Positions 37,443 to 46,115 of a stretch of DNA of 64,000 nucleotides are shown piece after piece (the stretch's first letter is position 1; each line of letters opens with the position of its first letter). Origin of the DNA: a virus; IMG/VR virus record IMGVR_UViG_3300050496_000069; one strand, 5' to 3'. A program made the translations under genes and the position numbers. Under the pieces are notes generated by a model that saw nothing but the letters and a program-made list of their open reading frames with translations, made no database searches and was not told the origin of the DNA.

Positions 37443-38519
37443 TCAGACTTTTCCGAGGACAACGTCTCTGAAAAACTGTGTCCTCGTTGCCAACGCCACG
37501 TCCTTTGAGACATTTTTTCGCCGGTAGTTTGAAATTTTTGTTTGTCGGCCGGAGGACTTTGAAAGCTTGAAACACTCGAACGCGCTATTACCGGGGCCTA
37601 ACGCCTGGCACGAAAACTTATATAGATACTTGCTGTCCTCTCCTACGAAGTCACCTGCGTCGTCAACCGTCCAGCTACCGCAGAATGATAACTTCTCGAG
37701 GTCGCGGCGCATTGCCAGAGCGGACTGGTATCTCTTTGCCGGATTGGGATCTATCGACTTCAAGATGGTGGACCTCAACGCAAGCGGCACATAGTCTGGA
37801 AAATCCTTCTTGGTAATCAATTTTCCGTTCGCCACCGCGCCTTCATAGCCAGCTTCCCCTAAGTCGCACATTTTGCTCTCGAGAACTCCAAGGCCCACAA
37901 GAAGACGAAAGAAAGTTAAGCCAGCTTGGAAGATGTCGGTCTTGGCTTCGATACCTAGTCCCTGGCCGATCTCTGGAGCGGCGTGGAGTTTGTACCAAGC
38001 GGATGGAGCTACCGCTTCGCCGTTTTTCGATGATCCAACAATACCGTAGTCGCTCAATTTTGCTTGGCCTTGGTCACCGAGCAGTATGTTTTGCGGCTTG
38101 ATGTCGTTGTGGTAGAAATTGTGAATATGCAGGTGCTCGAGGCCGCGAAGGAAATCGATTGTTGCCCGAAGCGCAAGATTGAGCGGAATGAAATTAGCAC
38201 AGTTGGCGAGGTTGGTTACCGACCCCTTCTGGAAATAATCCATAGCGATCAGAACCATCCCGTCTGATGTTACGTCAGCCTGATGGACGCGAACCAGATT
38301 GTTATGCGAGAATTGGTGCCCTACACGGGCCTCGATCAGTTTCGCATCTATTGAGGCGCTAGGCATCAGTATTTTAAGTGCGAACTCATGACTAAGCGCC
38401 ATGTCGTGAGCTAACCAAACTTCACCAAACGATCCGCTGCCGATCTTTTCTTTAAGGACGTACTTGTTGAGGTAGGTAGTACCGTTGGTGAGAGGAGATA
38501 TCGCCAGATTGTTCGGCAT
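37443..38519 (-). CDS. Hanks-type Ser/Thr protein kinase (non-RD)
   Basis: IGSGSFGEV, ALK, HNDIKPQN, SDYG, APE and TDIF subdomains; start MPNN in TAATG overlap. Confidence 0.92.
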   Translation of the reverse strand: MPNNLAISPLTNGTTYLNKYVLKEKIGSGSFGEVWLAHDMALSHEFALKILMPSASIDAKLIEARVGHQFSHNNLVRVHQADVTSDGMVLIAMDYFQKGSVTNLANCANFIPLNLALRATIDFLRGLEHLHIHNFYHNDIKPQNILLGDQGQAKLSDYGIVGSSKNGEAVAPSAWYKLHAAPEIGQGLGIEAKTDIFQAGLTFFRLLVGLGVLESKMCDLGEAGYEGAVANGKLITKKDFPDYVPLALRSTILKSIDPNPAKRYQSALAMRRDLEKLSFCGSWTVDDAGDFVGEDSKYLYKFSCQALGPGNSAFECFKLSKSSGRQTKISNYRRKNVSKDVALATRTQFFRDVVLGKV

Positions 38520-38980
38520 TATCCCTTCTCCGACCACCAAGCCGCGATCACCGCGTCGGCCATCTTCGCGTCCCAATATTTTGCTGTTTTTCCGACGCGA
38601 GCTTCGGCATGTTGCTTCACTTGCGAGGAGTTTGTTGAAAGAGATGCGTAAATCTTATTAGCGACAGGTATACCTTTCAGCGCGCAGAATAGAAGAACTG
38701 TCGCTTCCTGATACGAGGCTAGCCGCTTTGCGTTGTTGTCGCCGGCAGTGAATTCACCCTTCTTTACGACAACCTTCGCGATATCTGGATGCTTGTGCAG
38801 TAGGCGATCGAGTTCATTGTACAACCATGAAATTTTATGCTCGTCTGCTTGGGCACCTGCCGGAAACACAAGCTTTGTTTCGTCGTCTGCATTCACCAAC
38901 ACGAGTGCGTCATCTTTTGTCCGCGAGACAATGGCATATCTCGGATTTTTCGGATCGCTTCTAAAACCCAGCGTTGTCAT
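38519..38980 (-). CDS. RNase H/RuvC-like fold protein coupled to the kinase
   Basis: TTLGFRSD-RYAIV strands, helix WLYNELDRLL, strand VVVK, C-terminal MADAVIAAW; pattern resembles RuvC, assigned by eye. Confidence 0.6.
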   Translation of the reverse strand: MTTLGFRSDPKNPRYAIVSRTKDDALVLVNADDETKLVFPAGAQADEHKISWLYNELDRLLHKHPDIAKVVVKKGEFTAGDNNAKRLASYQEATVLLFCALKGIPVANKIYASLSTNSSQVKQHAEARVGKTAKYWDAKMADAVIAAWWSEKG

Positions 38981-39072
38981 ACGGTTTAGTCCCTGCGGTT
39001 GATTTAGCGAATCACATTCAACTACTAATCACCCGCAAAATCTACTAGAGATAAGCGTATCAACAATTTGGA

Positions 39073-39285
39073 GTGGTGGGACAAGTGTTCAAAATTCGTA
39101 AACCCAGCATCAAAAAGAGCATAGCTGCCCGGACATCTGGAAAACGGATTGTGAAGAACGCGCTCGGACTAAAAGCCCCCAAGGGCGCAGGGTGGATCAC
39201 AAACCCCAAGAAAGCAGCATACAACCGATCCTACAACAAGAGAACGGTTAGCATTTGGTCTATAATTCGGCGTCTTTTCAAATAG
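39073..39285 (+). CDS. Small basic phage protein
   Basis: KPSIKKSIAART..GAGWITNPKKAAYNR; K/R-rich. Confidence 0.65.
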   Translation: MVGQVFKIRKPSIKKSIAARTSGKRIVKNALGLKAPKGAGWITNPKKAAYNRSYNKRTVSIWSIIRRLFK

Positions 39286-39456
39286 CAAACCAACAAAAAA
39301 GGCCGGGCATCTCTGCTCCAGCCTTCATGTCGCTTGTCATCTTCTGCCAGTACATCCGTGGTCAGTGCGCAAGCTACTTGGGTGAATAATGCGCGCCAAC
39401 GGCATTGGTTCCCCAAAATGCCGCCAGCCATCTTTGACCAGCGGCCTTGCATTGCA

Positions 39457-39660
39457 TTACCAACCCTGACGACCATACCAGTCGTCAATGTCTTTCTTGG
39501 TCTGTTCCTTCGCATAGCCATAGCGCTCCTGGATCTTGCCTTCCAACTGCTCGCGCTTGCCATTGATGACGTCAAGGTCGTCGTCGGTGAGTTTGCCCCA
39601 CTGCTCCTTAACCTTGCCCTTCATCTGCTTCCAGTTACCTTCTACGCGGTTCCAATCCAT
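39457..39660 (-). CDS. csbD: CsbD-family general stress protein
   Basis: MDWNRVEGNWKQMKGKVKEQWGKLTDDDL..REQLEGKIQERYG. Confidence 0.93.
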   Translation of the reverse strand: MDWNRVEGNWKQMKGKVKEQWGKLTDDDLDVINGKREQLEGKIQERYGYAKEQTKKDIDDWYGRQGW

Positions 39661-39692
39661 TGATATGTCTCCTCTTTGTTGTGTGGGGAGAA

Positions 39693-39717
39693 AACGCAAG
39701 GTGTCGCCAAAGGTTCC
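39693..39717 (-). promoter_or_regulatory. EcfG/RpoE2/SigT promoter of csbD
   Basis: Exact GGAAC-N16-CGTT on the minus strand. Confidence 0.8.
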
Positions 39718-39801
39718 GCGATAAGTGAGAACGGCGATCAAAGCCGCCGCAGACGAAACAAAAAACCGCCAGCCCTGCAAAGCTGACGGTTCTATTTTTT
39801 T

Positions 39802-39853
39802 ACCACCAAAATGGTGGTTTTCGCTTGCGCAACCACCAAAATGGTGGCATAAA
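39802..39853 (+). promoter_or_regulatory. Tandem palindromic operators overlapping a promoter
   Basis: ACCACCAAAATGGTGG at 39802-39817 and 39832-39847; TTGCGC-17 nt-CATAAA. Confidence 0.7.
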
Positions 39854-39900
39854 GAAATCACCGAAGCAAACCCGCTTCGGCAACCCGACTGGAGGATACC

Positions 39901-39969
39901 ATGAGCATCAAGCTCACCGTCCAAGTCCGGTTCGGCAAGTGGAGAGTAACGATCTCCATCGGCCGTTAA
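39901..39969 (+). CDS. 22-aa peptide MSIKLTVQVRFGKWRVTISIGR
   Basis: Strong RBS GGAGG; followed by a 14-bp stem-loop and an XRE gene. Confidence 0.6.
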   Translation: MSIKLTVQVRFGKWRVTISIGR

Positions 39970-40035
39970 ACTGGGGGCCGGAGAGGCTGCAACCTCTCCG
40001 GTTCCCCAAGATAGCAAAAGGGAGTGTGGAATTCA

Positions 40036-40278
40036 ATGTTAGACCTTAAAGGCCTTCGCACTGGCGCAGCCTTGACCCAAGCAGAATTTGCGGAGGCCAT
40101 GGGCGTTCCTTTGCGCACCTACGAGAACCTAGAGAGCGGAAGGGTGGAGGTTCGTGCGGTTCACTTGAACGCTGCGTACTGGGGACTCATCACGTTGGCT
40201 GCGAAATCCGGACGCGGCCTCGGCTTCCTCCCCTTCGAGGTCGGCGAAATCGTGCGAAAAGTCGCTGGCGGCATTTAA
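40036..40278 (+). CDS. XRE-family HTH regulator
   Basis: LRTGAALTQAEFAEAMGVPLRTYENLESG. Confidence 0.85.
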   Translation: MLDLKGLRTGAALTQAEFAEAMGVPLRTYENLESGRVEVRAVHLNAAYWGLITLAAKSGRGLGFLPFEVGEIVRKVAGGI

Positions 40279-42515
40279 GCCGCCCTGACAAACACCGCCA
40301 GTTCCCGCCGCACAGGATCGCGCTCCTCCCTCTCGACGAGCGCTCCTTCACGCATCAGCGCCGTCACAAGGCTGGAGGCGCGCTTGCGCTGGACATTGTC
40401 GTCCAGATCCAGCCCCACAGCGTACGCTACAGCGGTTCCAACCCAGTTCTTGGCCTTCGGTGACTTCTTGTAGTCGGACGCGCTCACGGCCGCCAGAATC
40501 GACGCTCGCTGGTCCTCCGTGAGGTCTACCGCCACATCCTCGGCGCTCGGCCAATGCCATTCCGTCACCACCGGCGCGAAGTCCTGCGGTTGCGCAAGGC
40601 CGGTTCCGTTGCCAAGCGGTGTCGAGACCAGATGGCGCCATTCTGCCTTGTGTGAGAGCGGCGTCAGGTTGGACTTGCCATAGGTGGTGTAGAAGTATCC
40701 AAAACGATCTTCCTTGTTGATACCCGCCTCACCTGCTTGCTCTTCCGACATGCGGTTTAGGACGCGCACCGAGCGCGCCGCGCCGATCAGCGACACCGCA
40801 CCTCTAGCGTCTTCGACGGTAGCCTCTCGGTCCGCCACCTTCCGCAGATGGTGCACGATATCGATCGAACAATTGGTGTAGTCGGCGATCTGCGCCCAGA
40901 GCTTCGCCACTTTGTCGATCGCGCCGTTGTCATTTTCGTTTACGCCGTGTGTGGACACGAATGGGTCCACGATCATGACATCAATGCCATATCGCTCGAT
41001 CTGCTCGACCACCGCCTCAACGATCGGCTGCTGGATGCGAACGCCAGCCTTCTTGTCTTCGATGGCGACGACCAGCTCCTGTTCGCGGCCGCTATCCAGG
41101 AAGAGATGTCCCTCGAGGTCGGCAGGCTTCAGCTTATAGTGGATGCAAGCCGCCATGATGCGCCGCTCCATTTCGTCACGCGGGTCTTCGGCATTGAATA
41201 TCCACGTGCGCAAGCGCTTGGGTGGTTTGATACCGAGCAGCGCCCTGCCCGACACCATAGCAAGGCCCTCGGCGATGCTGGCTGACGTCTTACCCAGGCC
41301 GCCCGGCGATACCGTGACGGAAACATACTTGCGGATGAAATGCGAGCCGTAGGCAAACTCACGGCGCGGCAATGTCTTTGGGTCTATCCACTTGAATGCC
41401 GTAGCGACAATGGGTGATTGCTGTTCTGTAGGCAAAGGCACGTTGTCGTTGGCGGGCTCGATGTCTCCGTCAGGTGATATGGCTTCCTGCTCGGGAATAT
41501 CCGCGCCGTTTTGCGGCACTTCTTCCTGTACGGTAAGGTCTGCATCGACCCGTGCTGCCTGCTCGCGCAGCCTGCCCTTCTCCAACCCTCGATGGATCAT
41601 GCGCGTGATATCGACCAAGCGCGTGTTGTCGTGCGCAGGGAAGTCCGGCTCCGGGATGTGGCGCGGGTTCTGGATACCAGCCTTCAAGCCGTTCTCAATC
41701 GTCTTGCAGCAGCGTGACCAGTCCCTGCCCCAGCCTCGTGCGACGTCTTGCAGCAGTGCGCGTGCCTCGGCCTCGCTCAGCGCGCCAGCGCCCACTATAG
41801 TGCCGATCGAGAATGCAGCGTCGTTGAGCGCATTGTTGCGCGTACCCATAGGCGCGCCAGCAAGGTCCGCCAGTTCGCGATCAACGGCGGCATCCACATA
41901 GGCGTTGTTGGTTGCGGCCGACAGACTGTACTGCGTGTGAGCGGGCGCCGACTTCGGCAGCAACAGGTCGAGCAGCCATGCCGGCGCATCCGCGATCTCG
42001 CGCGTGTCCGTTTCCCACTTGTAGGAGCGGCCGTTGGCCATCGTGCTGCCAGCAGCGAGCACGTAGCCGCCTTCGGAGCGAATATCCACGCCAGCGCCAA
42101 GCGCTCCGCGGTTGCGCGTGCCCACTACATACTTGAAGTAAATATGTAGGCCGCCGTTCGGGCTCGTCACGCGTGCTGTGTCGGGCATCGGGCCGTGTTC
42201 GGCCTCCATCTCCGTCAGCCAGTCAAAGCCGTTCGCACCGCCCGGCTTGTTGTCGATGTCCAGCGCGAAGAAGCCGGTCTTCTCGCCAGTCGGCAGGCCG
42301 ACGGCCGCATCTGGCCAGTCCGACCACCATCTCTCGATGATGCGCGGAAAGCGCGTTGCGCCCTTGAAACCATTGGGGGTCAATGGCGTCTTCTCGCCGA
42401 GCGTGATGACCTCGCCAGTCGCTTGGTCGACATTCTCCTCGGCGTGCGAGCGGCAGGGAAATACCGGCCAGCCTTGGGCGACGTAGTGTTGCGCTAGTTC
42501 AAGCGGCGTTTGCAA
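40275..42515 (-). CDS. Bifunctional primase-polymerase plus AAA (RepA-like) helicase
   Basis: GWPVFPC, ALDIDNK and SPNGGLHIYF Prim-Pol motifs; SPGGLGKT Walker A; IVDP Walker B. Confidence 0.9.
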   Translation of the reverse strand: MQTPLELAQHYVAQGWPVFPCRSHAEENVDQATGEVITLGEKTPLTPNGFKGATRFPRIIERWWSDWPDAAVGLPTGEKTGFFALDIDNKPGGANGFDWLTEMEAEHGPMPDTARVTSPNGGLHIYFKYVVGTRNRGALGAGVDIRSEGGYVLAAGSTMANGRSYKWETDTREIADAPAWLLDLLLPKSAPAHTQYSLSAATNNAYVDAAVDRELADLAGAPMGTRNNALNDAAFSIGTIVGAGALSEAEARALLQDVARGWGRDWSRCCKTIENGLKAGIQNPRHIPEPDFPAHDNTRLVDITRMIHRGLEKGRLREQAARVDADLTVQEEVPQNGADIPEQEAISPDGDIEPANDNVPLPTEQQSPIVATAFKWIDPKTLPRREFAYGSHFIRKYVSVTVSPGGLGKTSASIAEGLAMVSGRALLGIKPPKRLRTWIFNAEDPRDEMERRIMAACIHYKLKPADLEGHLFLDSGREQELVVAIEDKKAGVRIQQPIVEAVVEQIERYGIDVMIVDPFVSTHGVNENDNGAIDKVAKLWAQIADYTNCSIDIVHHLRKVADREATVEDARGAVSLIGAARSVRVLNRMSEEQAGEAGINKEDRFGYFYTTYGKSNLTPLSHKAEWRHLVSTPLGNGTGLAQPQDFAPVVTEWHWPSAEDVAVDLTEDQRASILAAVSASDYKKSPKAKNWVGTAVAYAVGLDLDDNVQRKRASSLVTALMREGALVEREERDPVRRELAVFVRAA

Positions 42516-42592
42516 TCGGGGTCTCCTTGGCTTGATATGGCGAGCCAGCGGCTGCTACACAACGCAGGCACGCATTTTGGCTAGGGGTGGCT

Positions 42593-43414
42593 ATGTCCTG
42601 GGGATTCGATAAAGGTCGCATTTACAACAGACGCGCGAGCATTCACGCGCCGTTCGGCGGTCAGCAGCAGGGTGGCATCATCACCCCTAAGAAACATAAT
42701 CTCGTGATTATCGTCACAGGCGAAGAAGGTCACGAACATGGCTACAATGACACGTGGTCTCCAGATGGAAGGTTCGATTACTTTGGCGAGGGCCAAGTCG
42801 GCGACATGAAGATGGAGAAGGGCAATCTCGGTATTGCCAGCCATTCCGCCCGCGGCAAAAGCCTCTTACTCTTCACTAAACTGAAGACAGGCCTAAGGTT
42901 CGAAGGCGAGATGGTTTATGAGGGCCACAAGATCGTTAGAGCTCCAGACCGATTAGGGGATATGCGTGACGCCATAGTTTTTACCCTTCGCCCGATCGAC
43001 ACGGTGTTCGAGCAGGTCGAAACTATGCCCGTCGCTTCTCCACAGACAGCCAAGTCCTTGGATGAACTCAAGAAGCGCGCCTTTGCCGCATCTGTCCAGA
43101 AACCGACTAAAAATCAGGTGACTACGAGCGTCTTTGACAGAAGTCGTGACGTGCGAGATTACGTGGTTGCACGCTCTCTCGGCAAGTGCGAGGGCTGCGG
43201 TAATGACGCGCCTTTCACCAGGCCCAACGGCGTCCCCTACCTCGAGCCTCATCACATCCGCCGTCTCACGGATGGCGGGCCAGACGACCCGAGATTTGTC
43301 ATTGCGCTGTGCCCCAACTGTCATCGACGCGTTCATTCTGGAAGTGATGGTGCCGATTACAACGGCACCCTCCTCCACAAGATGAAAAGTATCGAGGCGG
43401 GCATTCTCACCTAA
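42593..43414 (+). CDS. SRA-like plus HNH endonuclease, candidate modification-dependent (type IV) restriction enzyme
   Basis: YNRRASIHAPFGGQQQGGI..GYND..YFGEGQVGDM..GN N-domain; CEGC..YLEPHHI..ALCPNCHRRVH. Confidence 0.75.
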   Translation: MSWGFDKGRIYNRRASIHAPFGGQQQGGIITPKKHNLVIIVTGEEGHEHGYNDTWSPDGRFDYFGEGQVGDMKMEKGNLGIASHSARGKSLLLFTKLKTGLRFEGEMVYEGHKIVRAPDRLGDMRDAIVFTLRPIDTVFEQVETMPVASPQTAKSLDELKKRAFAASVQKPTKNQVTTSVFDRSRDVRDYVVARSLGKCEGCGNDAPFTRPNGVPYLEPHHIRRLTDGGPDDPRFVIALCPNCHRRVHSGSDGADYNGTLLHKMKSIEAGILT

Positions 43415-43419
43415 CCGGC

Positions 43420-43794
43420 TCAAAAAGGCGCCTCACTCAAAGCCGCCCTTAGGCCTCTGGCACAGCCCTCCCACGCAGCCTTGACCATCATCCGCTGCAT
43501 GAGCTCGTCGAAGTGCGCGAGGTCAGTCACGCCATGCTTGGCGATGTACTCGCCGACGGCATCAACGCCGGCATCCAAGGCGCGCAGCTCGTAGTCGTCG
43601 AGCCGGTCGATCTTTTTGTAATTGTCGATGCCCACGGCGCACCTCCGGCAGATGTAATGAGGGTCCTTCTCTCGGCCGTTGGCGTTCACCCCGATTCCGA
43701 AGGCGTGCATGCCGCAGACAAAGCAGGTGGTCGGGTTATGATCGGCGTCTACAGTCGGAGTGTGCTGGCGGGGAGTGGTTGGGAGTTTGGTCAT
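43420..43794 (-). CDS. Phage hypothetical protein with Cys pairs
   Basis: CFVC..CRRC; ATGA coupled. Confidence 0.65.
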   Translation of the reverse strand: MTKLPTTPRQHTPTVDADHNPTTCFVCGMHAFGIGVNANGREKDPHYICRRCAVGIDNYKKIDRLDDYELRALDAGVDAVGEYIAKHGVTDLAHFDELMQRMMVKAAWEGCARGLRAALSEAPF

Positions 43795-44024
43795 GCTTGT
43801 GCCTCCGCCCATTTGATCCACGCCAAGAGCTTCTTTGCAGGAAAGCTACGCAGTCGGCTGCCGTCATCCTTGACCTGCAGCAGGTATCCACGCGGAAACT
43901 TCTCCGGTGGCTTGAAGCCCTGAGGCAAAACCAAAGCGACGCTAGCCTTGCTCTCTTCTAGACCTAGTTCGCGCGCACCTGTGAGGCTTGCGTTGCAGGC
44001 TTCTTTCATTTCGGCGGGGGTCAT
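43791..44024 (-). CDS. Phage hypothetical protein
   Basis: 77 aa, ATGA coupled on both sides. Confidence 0.65.
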   Translation of the reverse strand: MTPAEMKEACNASLTGARELGLEESKASVALVLPQGFKPPEKFPRGYLLQVKDDGSRLRSFPAKKLLAWIKWAEAQA

Positions 44025-45277
44025 GCTGCCACTCCAAACAAATCAGCACGCCGATTGTCATTTGCCGGTACCGCAGCGGGTTCGTCATCCTTGCTAGTCG
44101 CTCCAATCGCCCACGCAATTCGAGCAGTGGCGATAGGTATGTATTCGTCCTCACGCTCGCAGCCGATAAAATGAAAGCCCTCGAAAACAGCCGCCTTGCC
44201 TGTGCTCCCTGAGCCCATGAAAGGATCAAGAATTACGCCGCCGGGTGGCGTGATAAGGCGGCAGAGCCACTGCATAAGCGTGGTGGGCTTTACGGTTGGG
44301 TGGGTGTTGGCGCGGAGCGTTTTGCCTCGCTGATAGGCATTATCCGCAGCGACGGCCGGGCCGTCGCTCGTTGTCGACTTCGTTGCGCTTTCCAGACCAG
44401 CGTCTCTGTCGGCGCGGCTGGCCTTGGCGCAGTAGAAGAAGCGGGCTGCAGATTTGTCTAGTTCGATACGTGGCGCGAAGTGCTCTCGTGCGCCAAAGTC
44501 TCCGTAGACTCCTCGGCTTTCCTTCTTGCCGTGCTCTGGCCCAACGGCACGCTGCTGCCCTGGAGCATCAGGAAACGCTGCCAGCACCTCGTCGCTACCG
44601 TCGTGGATGATGTTGGCGGGCCAGCGGCCAATTGCTACCCGACCGTCGTCTTCTGCGCCCTTAAACTGTCCATAAATTTCATTGCGGCTTGCAGACGGGT
44701 TAAAACGCTCCTCATCTCCAACCCGACAACCATCCACATTGATCGCACCCACGCCCCACTCAGCAAGGTTAGCAGCGACGGTGCCAGTCAAAGGTTTTCG
44801 CGCTAGAGCAATAGGCTCCCATGCTGGCTTGAGTGCGGTACCCCAGCCCTCCCAATCGCCATGCTGGTTGTGAGACTTCGGAAAGCCCGACCCATAAACC
44901 CAGCCAAGTTGATCGCGGATCTCAAATCCAGCATCTTCGATCGCAACAGCCATACGGTGATAGGTTCGCGTGCCAGAGAATGCCACCACGTGGCCGCCTG
45001 GCTTCAAAGCGCGCAGAACTTCGGCCCAGAACTCCTCTGAGAATGCGACCTCTCCTGTATCCCACTGCTTGCCCATGAAACCGGCAGCCCCGCGACCATA
45101 AACGTCTTTGGCCGGGGCGGAACCCGGCTTTCCGAAACGCTTCTGGATCGAGACCAGCGCATAAGGCGGGTCGGTAACGACACTGTCGATCGAGTTGTCG
45201 GCAAGGCCGCGCAACACGTCGCGGCAATCGTTTTGGTGCAGCACGACTCTTCCGTCGTGCATCGAGGTGATGCTCAC
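44021..45277 (-). CDS. DNA amino-methyltransferase (N6-A/N4-C, beta-class order), orphan
   Basis: VVTDPPY catalytic motif precedes HPTVKP and LDPFMGSGSTG SAM-binding motif. Confidence 0.92.
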   Translation of the reverse strand: MSITSMHDGRVVLHQNDCRDVLRGLADNSIDSVVTDPPYALVSIQKRFGKPGSAPAKDVYGRGAAGFMGKQWDTGEVAFSEEFWAEVLRALKPGGHVVAFSGTRTYHRMAVAIEDAGFEIRDQLGWVYGSGFPKSHNQHGDWEGWGTALKPAWEPIALARKPLTGTVAANLAEWGVGAINVDGCRVGDEERFNPSASRNEIYGQFKGAEDDGRVAIGRWPANIIHDGSDEVLAAFPDAPGQQRAVGPEHGKKESRGVYGDFGAREHFAPRIELDKSAARFFYCAKASRADRDAGLESATKSTTSDGPAVAADNAYQRGKTLRANTHPTVKPTTLMQWLCRLITPPGGVILDPFMGSGSTGKAAVFEGFHFIGCEREDEYIPIATARIAWAIGATSKDDEPAAVPANDNRRADLFGVAA

Positions 45278-45386
45278 GTTGGTTTGTCTCCTCAGACTGT
45301 GGTGTTCCCGCCGAAGCGGAAGCCGCGTTGGTGGCGCAGCGGGTGGTGTGGTAGTGTCGCCGGCGGGAATCGGGGTCGGCGAAATC

Positions 45387-46115
45387 GTGGAAAATCTTAA
45401 GCGTTACTGGTGGGTAGGCGTCTGTTTGTGGGCTCTCCTCGCTTTTGTCTCATGGCACTATGACAGCACCTGCGGCATTTTTCTTTCCTCTGCATGCCTC
45501 TCCCAGTACTGGGAGGGCGTTCGGTGGATCGCCTTACTCAGATGGGTCTCTCCCTATCAGACACTCATCGCCGGCGTCTTTGCCGTAGCTGGTGGCGCGT
45601 TTGCACTGATAGCAGCTCGTCATTCAACTGCGACCGCTTTGGCCTTGGAAGATGCCAAGAATAAGAGATCAGCCGCAATAGCATGCTCGATCGTAGGCGA
45701 CGAATTCAGGGATGCCGCCTATCGAGCAAGCCAGAACTATGTGGGGGCCGGCCTAGCAATTATTGATCGCTCATCACCCTTTGTCCAAACAAACACGTTC
45801 ATCACAACTCTCCATGCGGTAGATCCAATGCTCGGGTCCATAGTTTCGGCGCAGCGTCGCGATATTGAAGAAGCGTTGTCATCAAGATCAATTCACGACC
45901 TCTATCGCACGCTCAGAGAGGCCAGGGCCAAAAGCTATGTTGTGTGGCACCTTCTGTTGAGCGTAGCAGAACAGTTAGACCAATCAGGCAGGTTCGACTT
46001 AAGCAATGGTGAAAAATTTTCTCCAGGGGATCTTCCGAACCTACTTAAGAGAGACAATGTAGACCCGAAGACTCTTGTTGGGCTTTATGGGCTTTTTGAT
46101 TGGCCCGAAACCTAA
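45387..46115 (+). CDS. Accessory membrane protein
   Basis: Two N-terminal TM segments (YQTLIAGVFAVAGGAFALIAA); antisense insertion. Confidence 0.65.
   Translation: MENLKRYWWVGVCLWALLAFVSWHYDSTCGIFLSSACLSQYWEGVRWIALLRWVSPYQTLIAGVFAVAGGAFALIAARHSTATALALEDAKNKRSAAIACSIVGDEFRDAAYRASQNYVGAGLAIIDRSSPFVQTNTFITTLHAVDPMLGSIVSAQRRDIEEALSSRSIHDLYRTLREARAKSYVVWHLLLSVAEQLDQSGRFDLSNGEKFSPGDLPNLLKRDNVDPKTLVGLYGLFDWPET

Noticed and set aside
3993-38519. Kinase-phosphatase (KKP-like) system from the Ser/Thr phosphatase and Hanks kinase
   Set aside because: The genes are 33 kb apart in different operons; the phosphatase is a common NinI-like phage gene.
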